Positions 26,183 to 36,852 of a stretch of 64,000 nucleotides of DNA are shown here, one piece after another. The stretch is from Gammaproteobacteria bacterium (GTDB taxonomy: Bacteria; Pseudomonadota; Gammaproteobacteria; GCA-002705445; GCA-002716945), in contig JAYQJW010000002.1 of the NCBI GenBank assembly GCA_038142325.1, forward strand, positions 1-64,000. The letters are read 5' to 3'. Below the pieces are notes generated by a model. It was not told where the DNA came from. It made no database searches and worked only from the letters and a program-made list of their open reading frames with translations. Position 1 is the first letter of the stretch. Each line of letters opens with the position of its first letter. Made by a program: the position numbers and the translations under genes.

Positions 26183-27504
26183 TCACTGATTATTATTCAA
26201 TCTTACGAAAGCGTCTGAGCGCTTAGATGTTTTGAGGAATTGATTGATGTTTGATTCTAATGCTGATCTGATGATACTAAATACTTCAGTGCATGCTTTT
26301 TTATATCTCTAGCTCTCTATCATTATGCGCATGTTACATAGACACTTTTTTGATGACAAGATTCCGCGTTTTAGCATCTCTTGAATAAATAAAGTTTCTA
26401 TCTCTTCTCGTACATCTGGGTATTCAAATTTTACTGTCACTAGCGGATAATAGTCGCTTACAGTAATATTTAAATTATTTTCTTAGCAGCCTGGATCCAT
26501 ATCTGTGCGATAGCTTTTCCAGTTTTTTACCAGATGCTTGTGTAGCTTGATTTTATGTATTTTCTTTAGTGTTGCTAGTGCTGCTGTAAACCCAACACGC
26601 TCTGTCCACATAGTTGAGCTTATAAAGATTTTTTCCAGCCTGCATGACATCGCCCTTCCCAACTATTGCAGATGTTGCAAAGCCATTTCCTAGCGCTTTT
26701 CCATAAACAACCATATCCGGATCATATCCATATTTTGTATATGAGCCACTATTACAGATCCTAAAGCCTGATGTTATCTCGTCGACTATTAGAATAATCT
26801 GTCTTTGTTTTGTTATTTTCTAGATGTTTAATAAAATTCATATCTGGAGCGTTATATCTTGCCCCCTCTATAATAACAGCAGCGACATTTTGAGTATTAC
26901 TTAATTTTTTTGTCGAAATCCTTAATATCGTTGTAAGAAAAGGAATTGCAGTACCTTTCAATGATTTTGGAACACCTACTGGACTCAAACCTTTCAATAA
27001 GTGTTCATCAAGATTATTTGAATCAGAGACGTTAGCGGCGATATACCAATCATTCCATCCGTGGTAACCACTAAAAAGAATATTATCTTTACCTGATGAT
27101 GCTCTAGCAATTCTTACAGCCATCGACATGGCTTCACCCCACCTCTGCCAAACTTAACCATATCCATCTTTGGATTTAACTTGATCAGTAATTCTGCTAA
27201 CTGAACTTCCTCCCAGGTGCATTTAAAGTTGTATTAACTGAATTATTAATAGAGTGATGACTTGCTTTGTTAACATCGGATCACAATAACCTAGGATAGC
27301 GCTACGATTCCATTTGCGCCATGTCTAGATATTTATTATTATCTAAATCCCAAACATATGCGCCTTTAGCTTTTTTTACATAATAAACTGGCCACATTTC
27401 AGGGAAGATATCTCTGGACGTTTGGAAAGTAAACCATTACCACCTGGAATTATACGAGTAGCTTTACTCCAAAGCTTTTGACCTGAATTATGTAGTTTTT
27501 TCAT
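26183..27504 (-). CDS. Class III PLP aminotransferase, glutamate-1-semialdehyde aminomutase-like (fragmented)
   Basis: IPGGNGLLSKRP, AKGAYVWDLD, GYHGWNDW, VDEITSGFR, PDMVVYGKALGNG, SSTMWTER. Confidence 0.85.
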
Positions 27505-27545
27505 AACAATGTATCAATATATTTAAGATTATAAGCAGTAAATAT

Positions 27546-28372
27546 TCAGCTTATTCTTCTAGATGCAACAGTCCCTTTTTCAATATCTTTGATACCAAAG
27601 TCTGGTGTAGAAATAATCTTTTCTAAATTCCTAATATTGTTAACCATATCATAAAACTGTTTTTTCAGATATTGAAACTGGCTCATCAATACAATCATGA
27701 TTATCGCCTAAATAGAAGTGCTTCTCTATGATTGAAGCGCCTGCACAGACAGCATAGAGGAATATCGATGGTTTTAGTATGATCTAGAATAACCAATTCT
27801 ACATTTGTAAGCTCTTTTAGTTTATGGATATTTGACAGGTTACATCCATCTACTGGGAGAGGATAACTTGAAACACAGTGTAATATGCCTAACTTTTTAT
27901 CTGGCAGATTAAGATATTTTTTGCATTATCAATTTCATCTAAAGTGGCCATCCCAGTAGAAAATATAACATTCTTTCTTGTTTCTGCAACTGCTCGTAGT
28001 AAAGATGTATTAGAGACATCGATTGATGCGATTTTATATGTTTCTACTCCTATATTCTCTAGAATTTCTATGCTTTCCTCATCAAAGGCTGTAGAAAAAA
28101 ATCTATGCCTTCTTCATCAGCATGCTGTTTCAATGATGAAAATTCCTCATGTGATAACTCGCAATTTTTAAGAATGTCGAATTTTTTTCTTGTTGCTTTT
28201 TAGGTACCCTTTTCTCAGTCTAGTAGGTTTGAAATTTTACTGCATCAGCGCCTGCTCTTTTTTCAGCTGTGATTAGTTCCATGCCTAATTTAAGGTAACC
28301 ATTATGATTTATTCCTATCTCAGCTATACAAAAAGTTCTATTAAGATTATAAAAAGAATTATTATTCACCAT
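27546..28372 (-). CDS. NeuB-family nonulosonate synthase, short form without C-terminal SAF domain (fragmented)
   Basis: IAEIGINHNG, GADAVKFQTY, FSTAFDE, YKIASID, FSTGMA, LHCVSSYP, GYSDHT, GASIIEKHF. Confidence 0.88.
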
Positions 28373-29106
28373 GAAGTAAATCCTCCATCACAACGATGTT
28401 TTGACCAGTTAAATAGTTAGTTTTAATTTTAATAATACTATCTATCACTTCTACAATTTCATTTACATCAGCCATCCTTCCATCGGTGTTTTTGGCTGTA
28501 ATTTTTAATAAAATCATCTCCCTGTAGGTTATCCTTGTCAAAGATCCTCCTGGACTTATACAGTTAACAGAGATATCTCTTTGTGCCAAATGTACAGCAA
28601 AGTATTTTGTCATTTGAATAAGACCTGCTTTAGATGCCCCGTAGCATTCAGGACTTTTTCTGTTACAGTCCGTGTAATTTCTAAAATCAGAACTTACAGA
28701 GCCAAAAATTGAACCGATATTAATTATTTTGGATGAATTTCTGTTTTGACTCATCAAATTTTCTAACAAAGTTTTGAATGTCAAAAAATATACTTTTCAA
28801 ATTAGTGTTTATGACTAAATCAAAGTCATCTTCAGTTCTATTCTCAAAATCGTCAAATGTACTGATGCCAACGTTATTGATCAAATAGTCTACTTTCATA
28901 CCGCTTCAAAAATATTGTCATAAATTTTTCTTCTCACTGATTTTATTCACATCATGTTTGATAAAGTGAATTTTTGATTTAATTCTTTTGGATCTTTATA
29001 ATCTAACCCCACTACATTAATATTTCTCTCCAAAAAGTACAGAGGCTAAGTTAGAACCTATTCGTCCTGATATGCCAGTAATCAGTGCAGTTTTATTCTG
29101 AGTCAT
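28366..29106 (-). CDS. SDR oxidoreductase (frameshifted)
   Basis: ALITGISGRIG, LINNVG, IINIGSIFG, YGASKAG, VNCISPGG, TGQNIVV; stop overlaps the NeuB start. Confidence 0.88.
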
Positions 29107-29109
29107 AAA

Positions 29110-29901
29110 CTAGTTTGTTAGAGACTTGAACTTATTGAGTGAGGCAATTAAAAGTTCGACATCTCTGTAAAATTCTATTGTTAAATATTTTATGCCTTCA
29201 TAATTATCTACTAAATACTTTACTTCGGAGTATTCAGAGTCACGCGGGAGATTGTGAGCGTCAAAAGCAAGTCCTTTTTCTTTTTATTGACATCGAATTC
29301 ACAAATATGAACTTGTATTGCTCTATTTAAATTTAGCGCATCTCTATAAGTTGTATATCGAATCTTTTGATTATAAGAAGTGACTTTTGCGTGGGCTATA
29401 TCGAACAGAAGAAATAAATCTGAATCAGACATTACTTGATTAATGAATTCTGGCTCAGTTATATACTTATAGGCATCCGTTGGATAATAATTATTATTTT
29501 CAACAGCAATAGAAATATCATCTCCGAGTATTTTCTTTATAATCTTAAAATTATTTTCAGCATTAGTGAGTAATTGCTCCTCTGTATAATTCACATCATG
29601 TCCTGGCACAAACATTTTATCAACACTTTGGTGACCTGCACCGGGGAGGCTAGGTGAAAATGTGTAACGAGCTCAAGATTTTGTTTATGTTTTTTGATAC
29701 TTTCGATGTAGTGAAAGTCTGAATCTCTCAATTCATGTATTGGTTGTATTTCACAATGAAAAAGTGACTGATTCTTCGAACTATAGCTAAATGTCCTATC
29801 CCTGCATTCTAGTGTATCAGAATGCTTGGTTATTAGCTCGGCATGCTCTTTATCATTGAATAAGTGCGAAACTGAGTCGCAAGTACTGGATAAGAACTCA
29901 T
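29110..29901 (-). CDS. DUF692/MNIO-family multinuclear non-heme iron protein (frameshifted)
   Basis: Ligand-like motifs in order: FHC, FHLAS, AVENN, LLFDIAH, QVHI, FDAH, LTIEFY; about 260 aa. Confidence 0.7.
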
Positions 29902-30950
29902 TTATTTTTCCTACATATTGCAAAATCAACATCCCTTAAAAGTTAAATCATAATACATTGAAGTCTAAGTAATTTTTGACTTTCTTTTGTGGTATATTTA
30001 TCTGAACCATGAAATCTATTATATATTTTACACTTTCGTGACTCATGCAAAGGTATATAGTGGAATGTGGCATTTATGCCCATTTTAGAAAGATAAGAAA
30101 TAAGGTGTTTCCTTTGTTCCGGACATACTAATTTTATATAAAATGTATGTGCATTATGAGAACTGCGTCCTGGTAGTGATGGTAAACTCATGGCTTTATG
30201 TTTTGAGAGGTTTTGGTAATATCTCGACCATAATTTTTCCTCTTTTTAGTGATAATATCTAATTTATGCAGTTGAGGAAGTAAATATGCAGCATTAAATT
30301 CTGAAGGAAGATAACTACTTCCTACGGATATCCATCTATACTTGTCCACTTTACCTCTGAAAAACTGTGATCTGTTAGTTCCTTTTTCTCTTATTACTTC
30401 AGCTAACTCAAAAAATCTTCGATTGTTAACAATTAGCGCCCCACCTTCCCCACAATGAATATTTTTTGTTTCATGAAAACTTAAGCAACCAAAATCACCA
30501 AGTGTCCCTAGTTTTTTATTTTTTATATGTTGAACCAATTGCTTGTGCGGCATCTTCTATTAGAAATAATTTGTATTTTTTCTTTATTCTCATAAGTTTA
30601 TCCGATATCACATGATATTCCAGCATAATGGACAGCAGCAACTATCGCCTTAGTTTTTTTAGTTATGGCTTTCTCCACAAGGGATTCGTCCATATTCATA
30701 GTCTTAGGATTGATATCAACGAAAACAATTTTAGCACCTCTTAGTACAAATGCGTTGGCACTAGAGACAAATGTATAGCTTGGCATGATAACCTCATCAC
30801 CCTTACCTATTCCACAGATGAGAGCAGACATCTTCTAGAGCATGTGTGCAAGATGGGTAAGTAAGCATTTATTTTTGAAATGCTTATCTAACCACTCATG
30901 ACACTGTTTGGTAAAAGGCCCATCACCGGAATAGTGTCTGTTAAATCATC
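29898..30950 (-). CDS. rffA: dTDP-4-amino-4,6-dideoxygalactose transaminase-like DegT aminotransferase (fragmented, N-terminus missing)
   Basis: SGDGPFT, GDEVIMPSYTFVSSANAF, VHYAG, SFHETKNIHCGEGG, REKGTNRSQFFRG.VDKY, FHYIPLH. Confidence 0.88.
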
Positions 30951-30959
30951 ATTATGCCA

Positions 30960-31913
30960 ATTTTGAAAATCCATCATCGGTTAAACTCTATTTGTGAATC
31001 CATCCAAGATTAATTAATTTTGAGCAAGATTAATTTTTTTCTAATAATTTTTGGAGGTTCCATCTGGTTTAGATAATCAATTTTTAAATCACCGTTGTAA
31101 TCAACTATGTCTTTTATCATGTAAGCTAATTCAATTATTGATAGATCACTTCATCACTACCTATTTAATTATTGGCAGCTACTGGGAAAGATCTAATTTG
31201 ATCAAAAATTTCATCAGATCTATCAACAAACATTTTTATGCAACGTGCAAAATCTAGAGAAAATAAAAACTCCCTTTTGACTGTCCCTGTACCCCATAGG
31301 GTTACATTTGTCTTTGTTGATTAAAGCATTATGAATCTTTAAAATCATTGCTGGAATAACATGAGAGTTTTGTGTGGTATGAATCATTCAGGGCCATACA
31401 GATTAGTTGGCATAGTAGCAATATATTTACGTTATATTGTCTATTATAAGCACTGCATAGCTCTATGCCTGCTATTTTAGCTAGTGCATAAGGTTTATTA
31501 GTTGGCTCTAGTTTTGATGTGAGCAAATATGATTCTTTGATAGGCTGTTCATTGTTAAGGATATATACATGAACTTCCAAGAAAAATTAAGTTTATCAAT
31601 ATTCAGTAAATGGGCAGATCTAATTAGATTATTCTGAATATTGAGATTTTTAAAAATAAAGTCTACAGGATAATTGCTATTAGCATTGATTCCTCAACTT
31701 TTTGCCGCAGCTATAATTATCATGTCAGGTTTTTTGAGTAAATAATTGTATGTAGATTCATAGTCCTCTAGATCTAGATCACGATGTTTTTTTCCACCTG
31801 AATATTATCATATCCATGATGCTTTTTAATTCTGAATATATTGCTGAACCGACAAGTCCAGTATGTCCAGCAATAAAAATTTTACTTTTTTTATGATTAT
31901 TGTTTGTATTCAT
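30960..31913 (-). CDS. fcl: GDP-L-fucose synthase (fragmented)
   Basis: [46 protein letters not shown]; end approximate. Confidence 0.85.
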
Positions 31914-32948
31914 TTATTAATTCCAAGTCATTCCTAATCATTTCATCGACGAGTTGATCAAAACTAATTTCAGGTTTCCCATGACAATAACTTCCTAGCT
32001 TTACTTGAATCACCAAGCAGTGTCTCGACTTCTGTTGGTCTGTGATACTTCGGATCAATCTTAATAATTGTTTTACCATTCGAAATGCCAACTTCATCAA
32101 TACCTGATCCATTCCACTCTAAAGGCAAATCAATTTTTTTTGCTACTATTTCAACGAAGTCTCTAACGCTATGCTGCTCGCCTGTTGAAATTACCAAGTC
32201 TGTAGGATTATCATGCTGCAACATTAACCACATTGCTTTAACATAATCTTTTGCATGACCCCAATCTCTTTTCGCATCCAAATTACCAAGTAACAAGCAA
32301 TCCTGCAAGCCTGCTTTAATCCTTGCCATTGCCATAGTTATTTTTCTAGTTACAAATGTTTCCCCTCTGATAGGGCTTTCATGATTAAATAGAATCCCGT
32401 TACAGGCGAACATATCATATGCTTCTCTATAATTCACAGTTATCCAATATGCATAAAGTTTTGCAACCGCATATGGACTTCCTTGGATAAAAAGGAGTTG
32501 TCTCTTTTTGAGGCGTCTCTCTGACAGCACCAAATAATTCTGATGTAGATGCTTGGTAGTATTTCACGGACTTGGTCAGGCCTAATATTCTTATTGCTTC
32601 AAGAATTCTAAGAGCACCAATTGCATCAGAGTTTGCAGTGTATTCAGGTTCTTCAAAGCTAACTTGAACATGAGATTGTGCAGCCAAGTTATATATCTCA
32701 CATGGATTTGACTTTTTTATTATGTGGAAAAGCGAGGATGAATCAGTCATATCCCCGTGGTAAAGGAAAAAATCTTTATTTCTATGTCTTAAATCATTGA
32801 ATATCTCGTCAATTCTAGCTGTATTTATAATCGACGTTCTTCTTTTAATACCGTGAACAATATAACCTTTGTTAAGAAGAAGTCGTGCTAAGTACGCGCC
32901 ATCCTGACCAGTTATACCTGTTATTAGTGCTGATTTTTTATCTGCCAT
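31897..32948 (-). CDS. gmd: GDP-mannose 4,6-dehydratase (frameshifted)
   Basis: [55 protein letters not shown]. Confidence 0.95.
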
Positions 32949-34360
32949 ATTGATCTTCGAGTCTTTCTATATCTGATTCTAAAAGTCTTGTTCCCGATTG
33001 TACCTCTATAATTTCTAAAGTGTCATCTGATTTATTTTCTAGTCTGTGAATCTCCTCTTTCTCGATATAAATTGATTCATTTGAAGACAAAGTAAGAGTA
33101 TCAGAACCTTTGGTTACAAAAGCCGTACCTTTGATAACGACCCAATGTTCTGATCTGTGTTTATGGCGCTGCAAACTTATTGACTTGCCAGGCTCTATAA
33201 CTATTTTCTTTACTTTATATGAGTCCCCTTGGTCAAGTTGTTCATACCATCCCCATGGCGTGAAGACTTTAGTATGTTCATCAACGATATCGTTATTGTG
33301 TTCACCATGAAGCTTGACAATGGATTTAACATTTTTTGCATCATTAATATTTGCTACAAGTATCGAGTCTTTTGTTTCAACTACTATTAAATTATCGACA
33401 TTCACAAGACTAATATTTCTGTTCGTTGAGATCGCGATGTTATTTCTTGCTTCAAAGCTCACCACATCACCGGTGCATGTATTACCAGAGTTATCTATTG
33501 GATACTGGTTCTTGTAGGATAGAAAGGATCCCATGTCATCCCATCCTACATCAAGCATACTCAAATAGACGCGTATGCCCAACATGTTAAATTTCTCCAT
33601 TACAGCATAATCAATCGAATCACTCTCTAATGATTCGAAAGATTTTTTTCTCAAGTCGAATAAACAAGTTATCTATTTTCCTAGAGTTCCATGCTTGCTG
33701 AGAGAGATCATGAATATTTTTACTGGTCCTGCCTATTGCCTTAATCCAAGTTGATGGGTGCATGATGAATATTCCGGAATTCCAAGAGTAATTTCCATCT
33801 TTAATCATTAACTTTGCTTTGTCTGATTCAGGCTTTTCAATAAATTCACAAACTAATCTAAAGTCTCTATCACTCTTTGAATAAATGTATCCATAACCAG
33901 TGTTAGAATCTGATGGTTCTATCCCAAAAGTATATATAGAGTCATGTTCACATGCTTTTGCTGATTTTATTAATGTATCTGCAAGGATATTTTCATCATT
34001 GATATCATGATCTGCGGGCATCACGATCATAACGGAATCCTTATCTGCAGCATTAGCAGCAATAGTTAATGCTGGAGCAGTATTCCTTGGAACTGGTTCC
34101 AATATTATCTCAATCTTGTGCATCATGTTCAAAACTTCAGACTGTTTCAAAACTAAAAATCTATGTCTTTCGTTTGTCACTATTATTATTTTGTCAATTT
34201 TTGAGCCGCTACAAGCTAGTTTATTTACCCTGCAGAGTGTTTTTTGAAACATTGATAATTGAGTTTTCAAAGATATAAACTGTTTAGGAAAGGAATGTCT
34301 TGATAATGGCCAAAGCCTTGTGCCAGAGCCACCGCATAATATAACTGGGGTTATCTTCAT
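32938..34360 (-). CDS. manC: Mannose-1-phosphate guanylyltransferase/mannose-6-phosphate isomerase (frameshift near 33650)
   Basis: [40 protein letters not shown], cupin [12 protein letters not shown]. Confidence 0.95.
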
Positions 34361-34484
34361 TCCAATAAATCTCTATTTTGCGTTATCAAACATTGATTGT
34401 CACAATAATTAAGTAAAACATCATTATTAATAAATTTTAACATAAACAAGGATTTGATATAGAAAACAAGTTAAAATTGGACAA

Positions 34485-35166
34485 ATGAATAATAAAGAAA
34501 CTACTAATGAAATAAACCTTATTGATTTACTTGTCGTACTGATTAAGAGAAAATCACTTTTACTTATTTTTTCTGCCTTAGGCTTGTTACTAGGTTCTGT
34601 GTACACTCAAACATGAACCCAGATATCAGACATCATTTACTGTCAATATAGATCATCCTCTTATTCCTAATGATTTTGTTATGACTTCAGATGTTAGAGA
34701 CCTTATTGCAAGCAGCGAGATGTTCGGAATAGAGGGTATTTCGCCTCATTTGTCATACAGCAAAGCGACTGAAAGATTTACAATCATCAGTAATACTAAA
34801 GAAATTCATAATGATGTAGAGACTTTATTTAAAATTTCTTTTGAAGCTCGTATTAAAGATCTGATCAAGACTGCCAATAATATTAGAACAGATCAAATTG
34901 ATCTTCTAAGTTATGCTGGAAAGAATTTAGCGCCGAGCACGTTACTCTTGCTTATTGAAAAAGATGAACTGAATAATTTAAAAAATGAGGCGATGAGAAG
35001 TCTCAAATTTAATTTTGGGCCAACAATTACATTTCATCCTAAAGTAAAAAAGTATGGATTTATCGGAGTTATTTTAGGCTTATTTGCAGGGATCCTAATG
35101 GTTATAGTATCTATTTTATTTGATTCAATCAAATCAAGACAAAACACACGAAGCGATTATAGCTAG
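34485..35166 (+). CDS. Wzz-like chain-length determinant (frameshift near 34610)
   Basis: N-terminal EINLIDLLVVL plus TM; C-terminal P(KV)KK...GVILGLFAGI TM. Confidence 0.7.
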
Positions 35167-35167
35167 A

Positions 35168-35240
35168 TGCCGGAAAGTGGAATCGAACCACTGACCTACG
35201 CGTTACGAATGCGGTGCTCTACCAACTGAGCTATTCCGGC
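35168..35240 (-). tRNA. tRNA-Thr(CGT), CCA not encoded
   Basis: Reverse complement GCCGGAATAGCTCAGTTGGTAGAGCACCGCATTCGTAACGCGTAGGTCAGTGGTTCGATTCCACTTTCCGGCA folds as a cloverleaf with loop TTCGTAA. Confidence 0.95.
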
Positions 35241-35289
35241 TGGAATACTATTCATAAATTAGCGATTATATTATCATAGTGAATCGCTA

Positions 35290-35492
35290 ATGAATATTAT
35301 ACTTAACAATATAAAAAATGAAGTTCATGAGAATATTACTGTAGAGAAGTTATTATTATTAAATAATATAAAAACTAAATATATTGCTGTGGAAATTAAT
35401 AAAAAGATAATACCCAAATCTAGATAAGAAAAGAATGTCGACTGTTGGAAGATGATAAGGTTGAAATCATTACTGCAATTGGAGGTGGTTAA
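35290..35492 (+). CDS. thiS: Sulfur carrier protein ThiS (interrupted)
   Basis: MNIILNN...[13 protein letters not shown]...[12 protein letters not shown]; directly upstream of thiG. Confidence 0.88.
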
Positions 35493-35494
35493 TA

Positions 35495-36276
35495 TTGAAA
35501 AATTTAATAATAGATAATCAAAAATATAATTCCAGATTAATACTTGGCACAGGAAAATATAAAGACTTTAAAGAAACTGCATTAGCATTAGAAGCAAGTG
35601 GTTGCGAGATGGTAACCGTAGCAATACGTAGGATAAACATAGGACAGGAAAAAAATACACAAAATTTATTAGATATAATCTCGCCAGAAAAATATACTAT
35701 ATTGCCAAATACCGCAGGTTGTTATACAAGTGAAGATGCAGTGAGAACTTGTGAAATAGCTTCAGAGCTGTTGTCTGGTTCGATGCTGGTTAAATTAGAA
35801 GTTCTCAGTCGAAGTGAAACTTTATATCCAAATGTAGTTGAAACCATTAAAGCTGCAGAAGTCCTTGTAAAAAAAGGTTTTAAAGTAATGGTATATACGA
35901 GCGATGATCCCATAGTTGCAAAAGAGTTAGAAATGATAGGCTGTGAGTGCATAATGCCGTTAGGCTCGGCAATTGGATCTGGTCTAGGAATAATAAATCA
36001 TTTTAATATTAAAGAAATTGTTAAAAATGCGAGTGTCCCTATCATCGTGGATGCAGGAGTAGGCACAGCAAGTGATGCGTGTATTGCAATGGAACTTGGA
36101 TGTGACGGAGTTTTAATGAACACCGCCATAGCATGTGCTAAAGAACCAATTATTATGGCTAAAGCTATGAAAAATGCAGTCCAAGCAGGAAGACAAGCAT
36201 ATCTTGCTGGAAGAATGCAAAAAAAAATATAGGTTCACCATCGTCACCAACAAGTGGCATCATCACTGATGAATAG
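35495..36276 (+). CDS. thiG: Thiazole synthase (3' poly-A frameshift)
   Basis: [40 protein letters not shown]; tail SPSSP. Confidence 0.95.
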
Positions 36277-36852
36277 ACCTGTATTTTACAAATCATTTAG
36301 ATCGAGAAAATCAAAAGAAACAAATCTAACCTATAAATCATTAAAATAATTTAATTGATAAAAGATCAAAAATAATTCTAGATATTGGATTTGGAACTGG
36401 GGATTCGTCCATAGCACTTAAAGAAATGTATAAAAATTATACAGTAATGGGTATCGAAGCTTACATACCTGGCATACAACGTCTTGAATCAAAGGGTATT
36501 GCAGCTCATTGTGGAGATGTAGAAATCCTTGAAAGTTTAAATAATAACTCAATATCTCAAATATACATGCTCTTTCCAGATCCATGGCAAAAAGTCTTAA
36601 ACACAGGAAAAGAAGATTATTTACTAGTTATACTTTTGAGATTATTAAAAATATTCTTGGCAAATGGGTCTTTTCAATTCACAACAGATAATATAAATTA
36701 TGCTTTCAAGTGCAAAAAATATTATTGAAAATGTCATGCTCTGAAAAATAAATTTTTCAAGATCACGTGGAACAAGGCCAATAACTAAATATGAAATCAA
36801 GGCAAAGAAGAAAAGAAATTTTATCTTTGATCTTATTTATTTCAAGCGTTAA
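36269..36852 (+). CDS. trmB: tRNA (guanine-N7)-methyltransferase (fragmented)
   Basis: LDIGFGTG, GIEAYIPG, FPDPW, TDNINY, RPITKYE; thiS-thiG-trmB synteny. Confidence 0.82.

Noticed and set aside
11000-31950. Phase-variable homopolymer tracts in glycosyltransferases
   Set aside because: Only short A/T runs expected at this composition; no long poly-G/C tracts; cannot be separated from sequencing error.
35198-35214. Mismatched anticodon stem suggesting a pseudo-tRNA
   Set aside because: Acceptor, D and T arms are perfect, and weak end pairs occur in tRNA-Thr(CGT); a single base error is also possible.
5000-35240. Integrative element or prophage at tRNA-Thr
   Set aside because: No integrase, phage gene or duplicated tRNA 3' end found by eye.
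35241-35289. TPP riboswitch upstream of thiS
   Set aside because: Only 49 bp of intergenic space and no aptamer core motifs.
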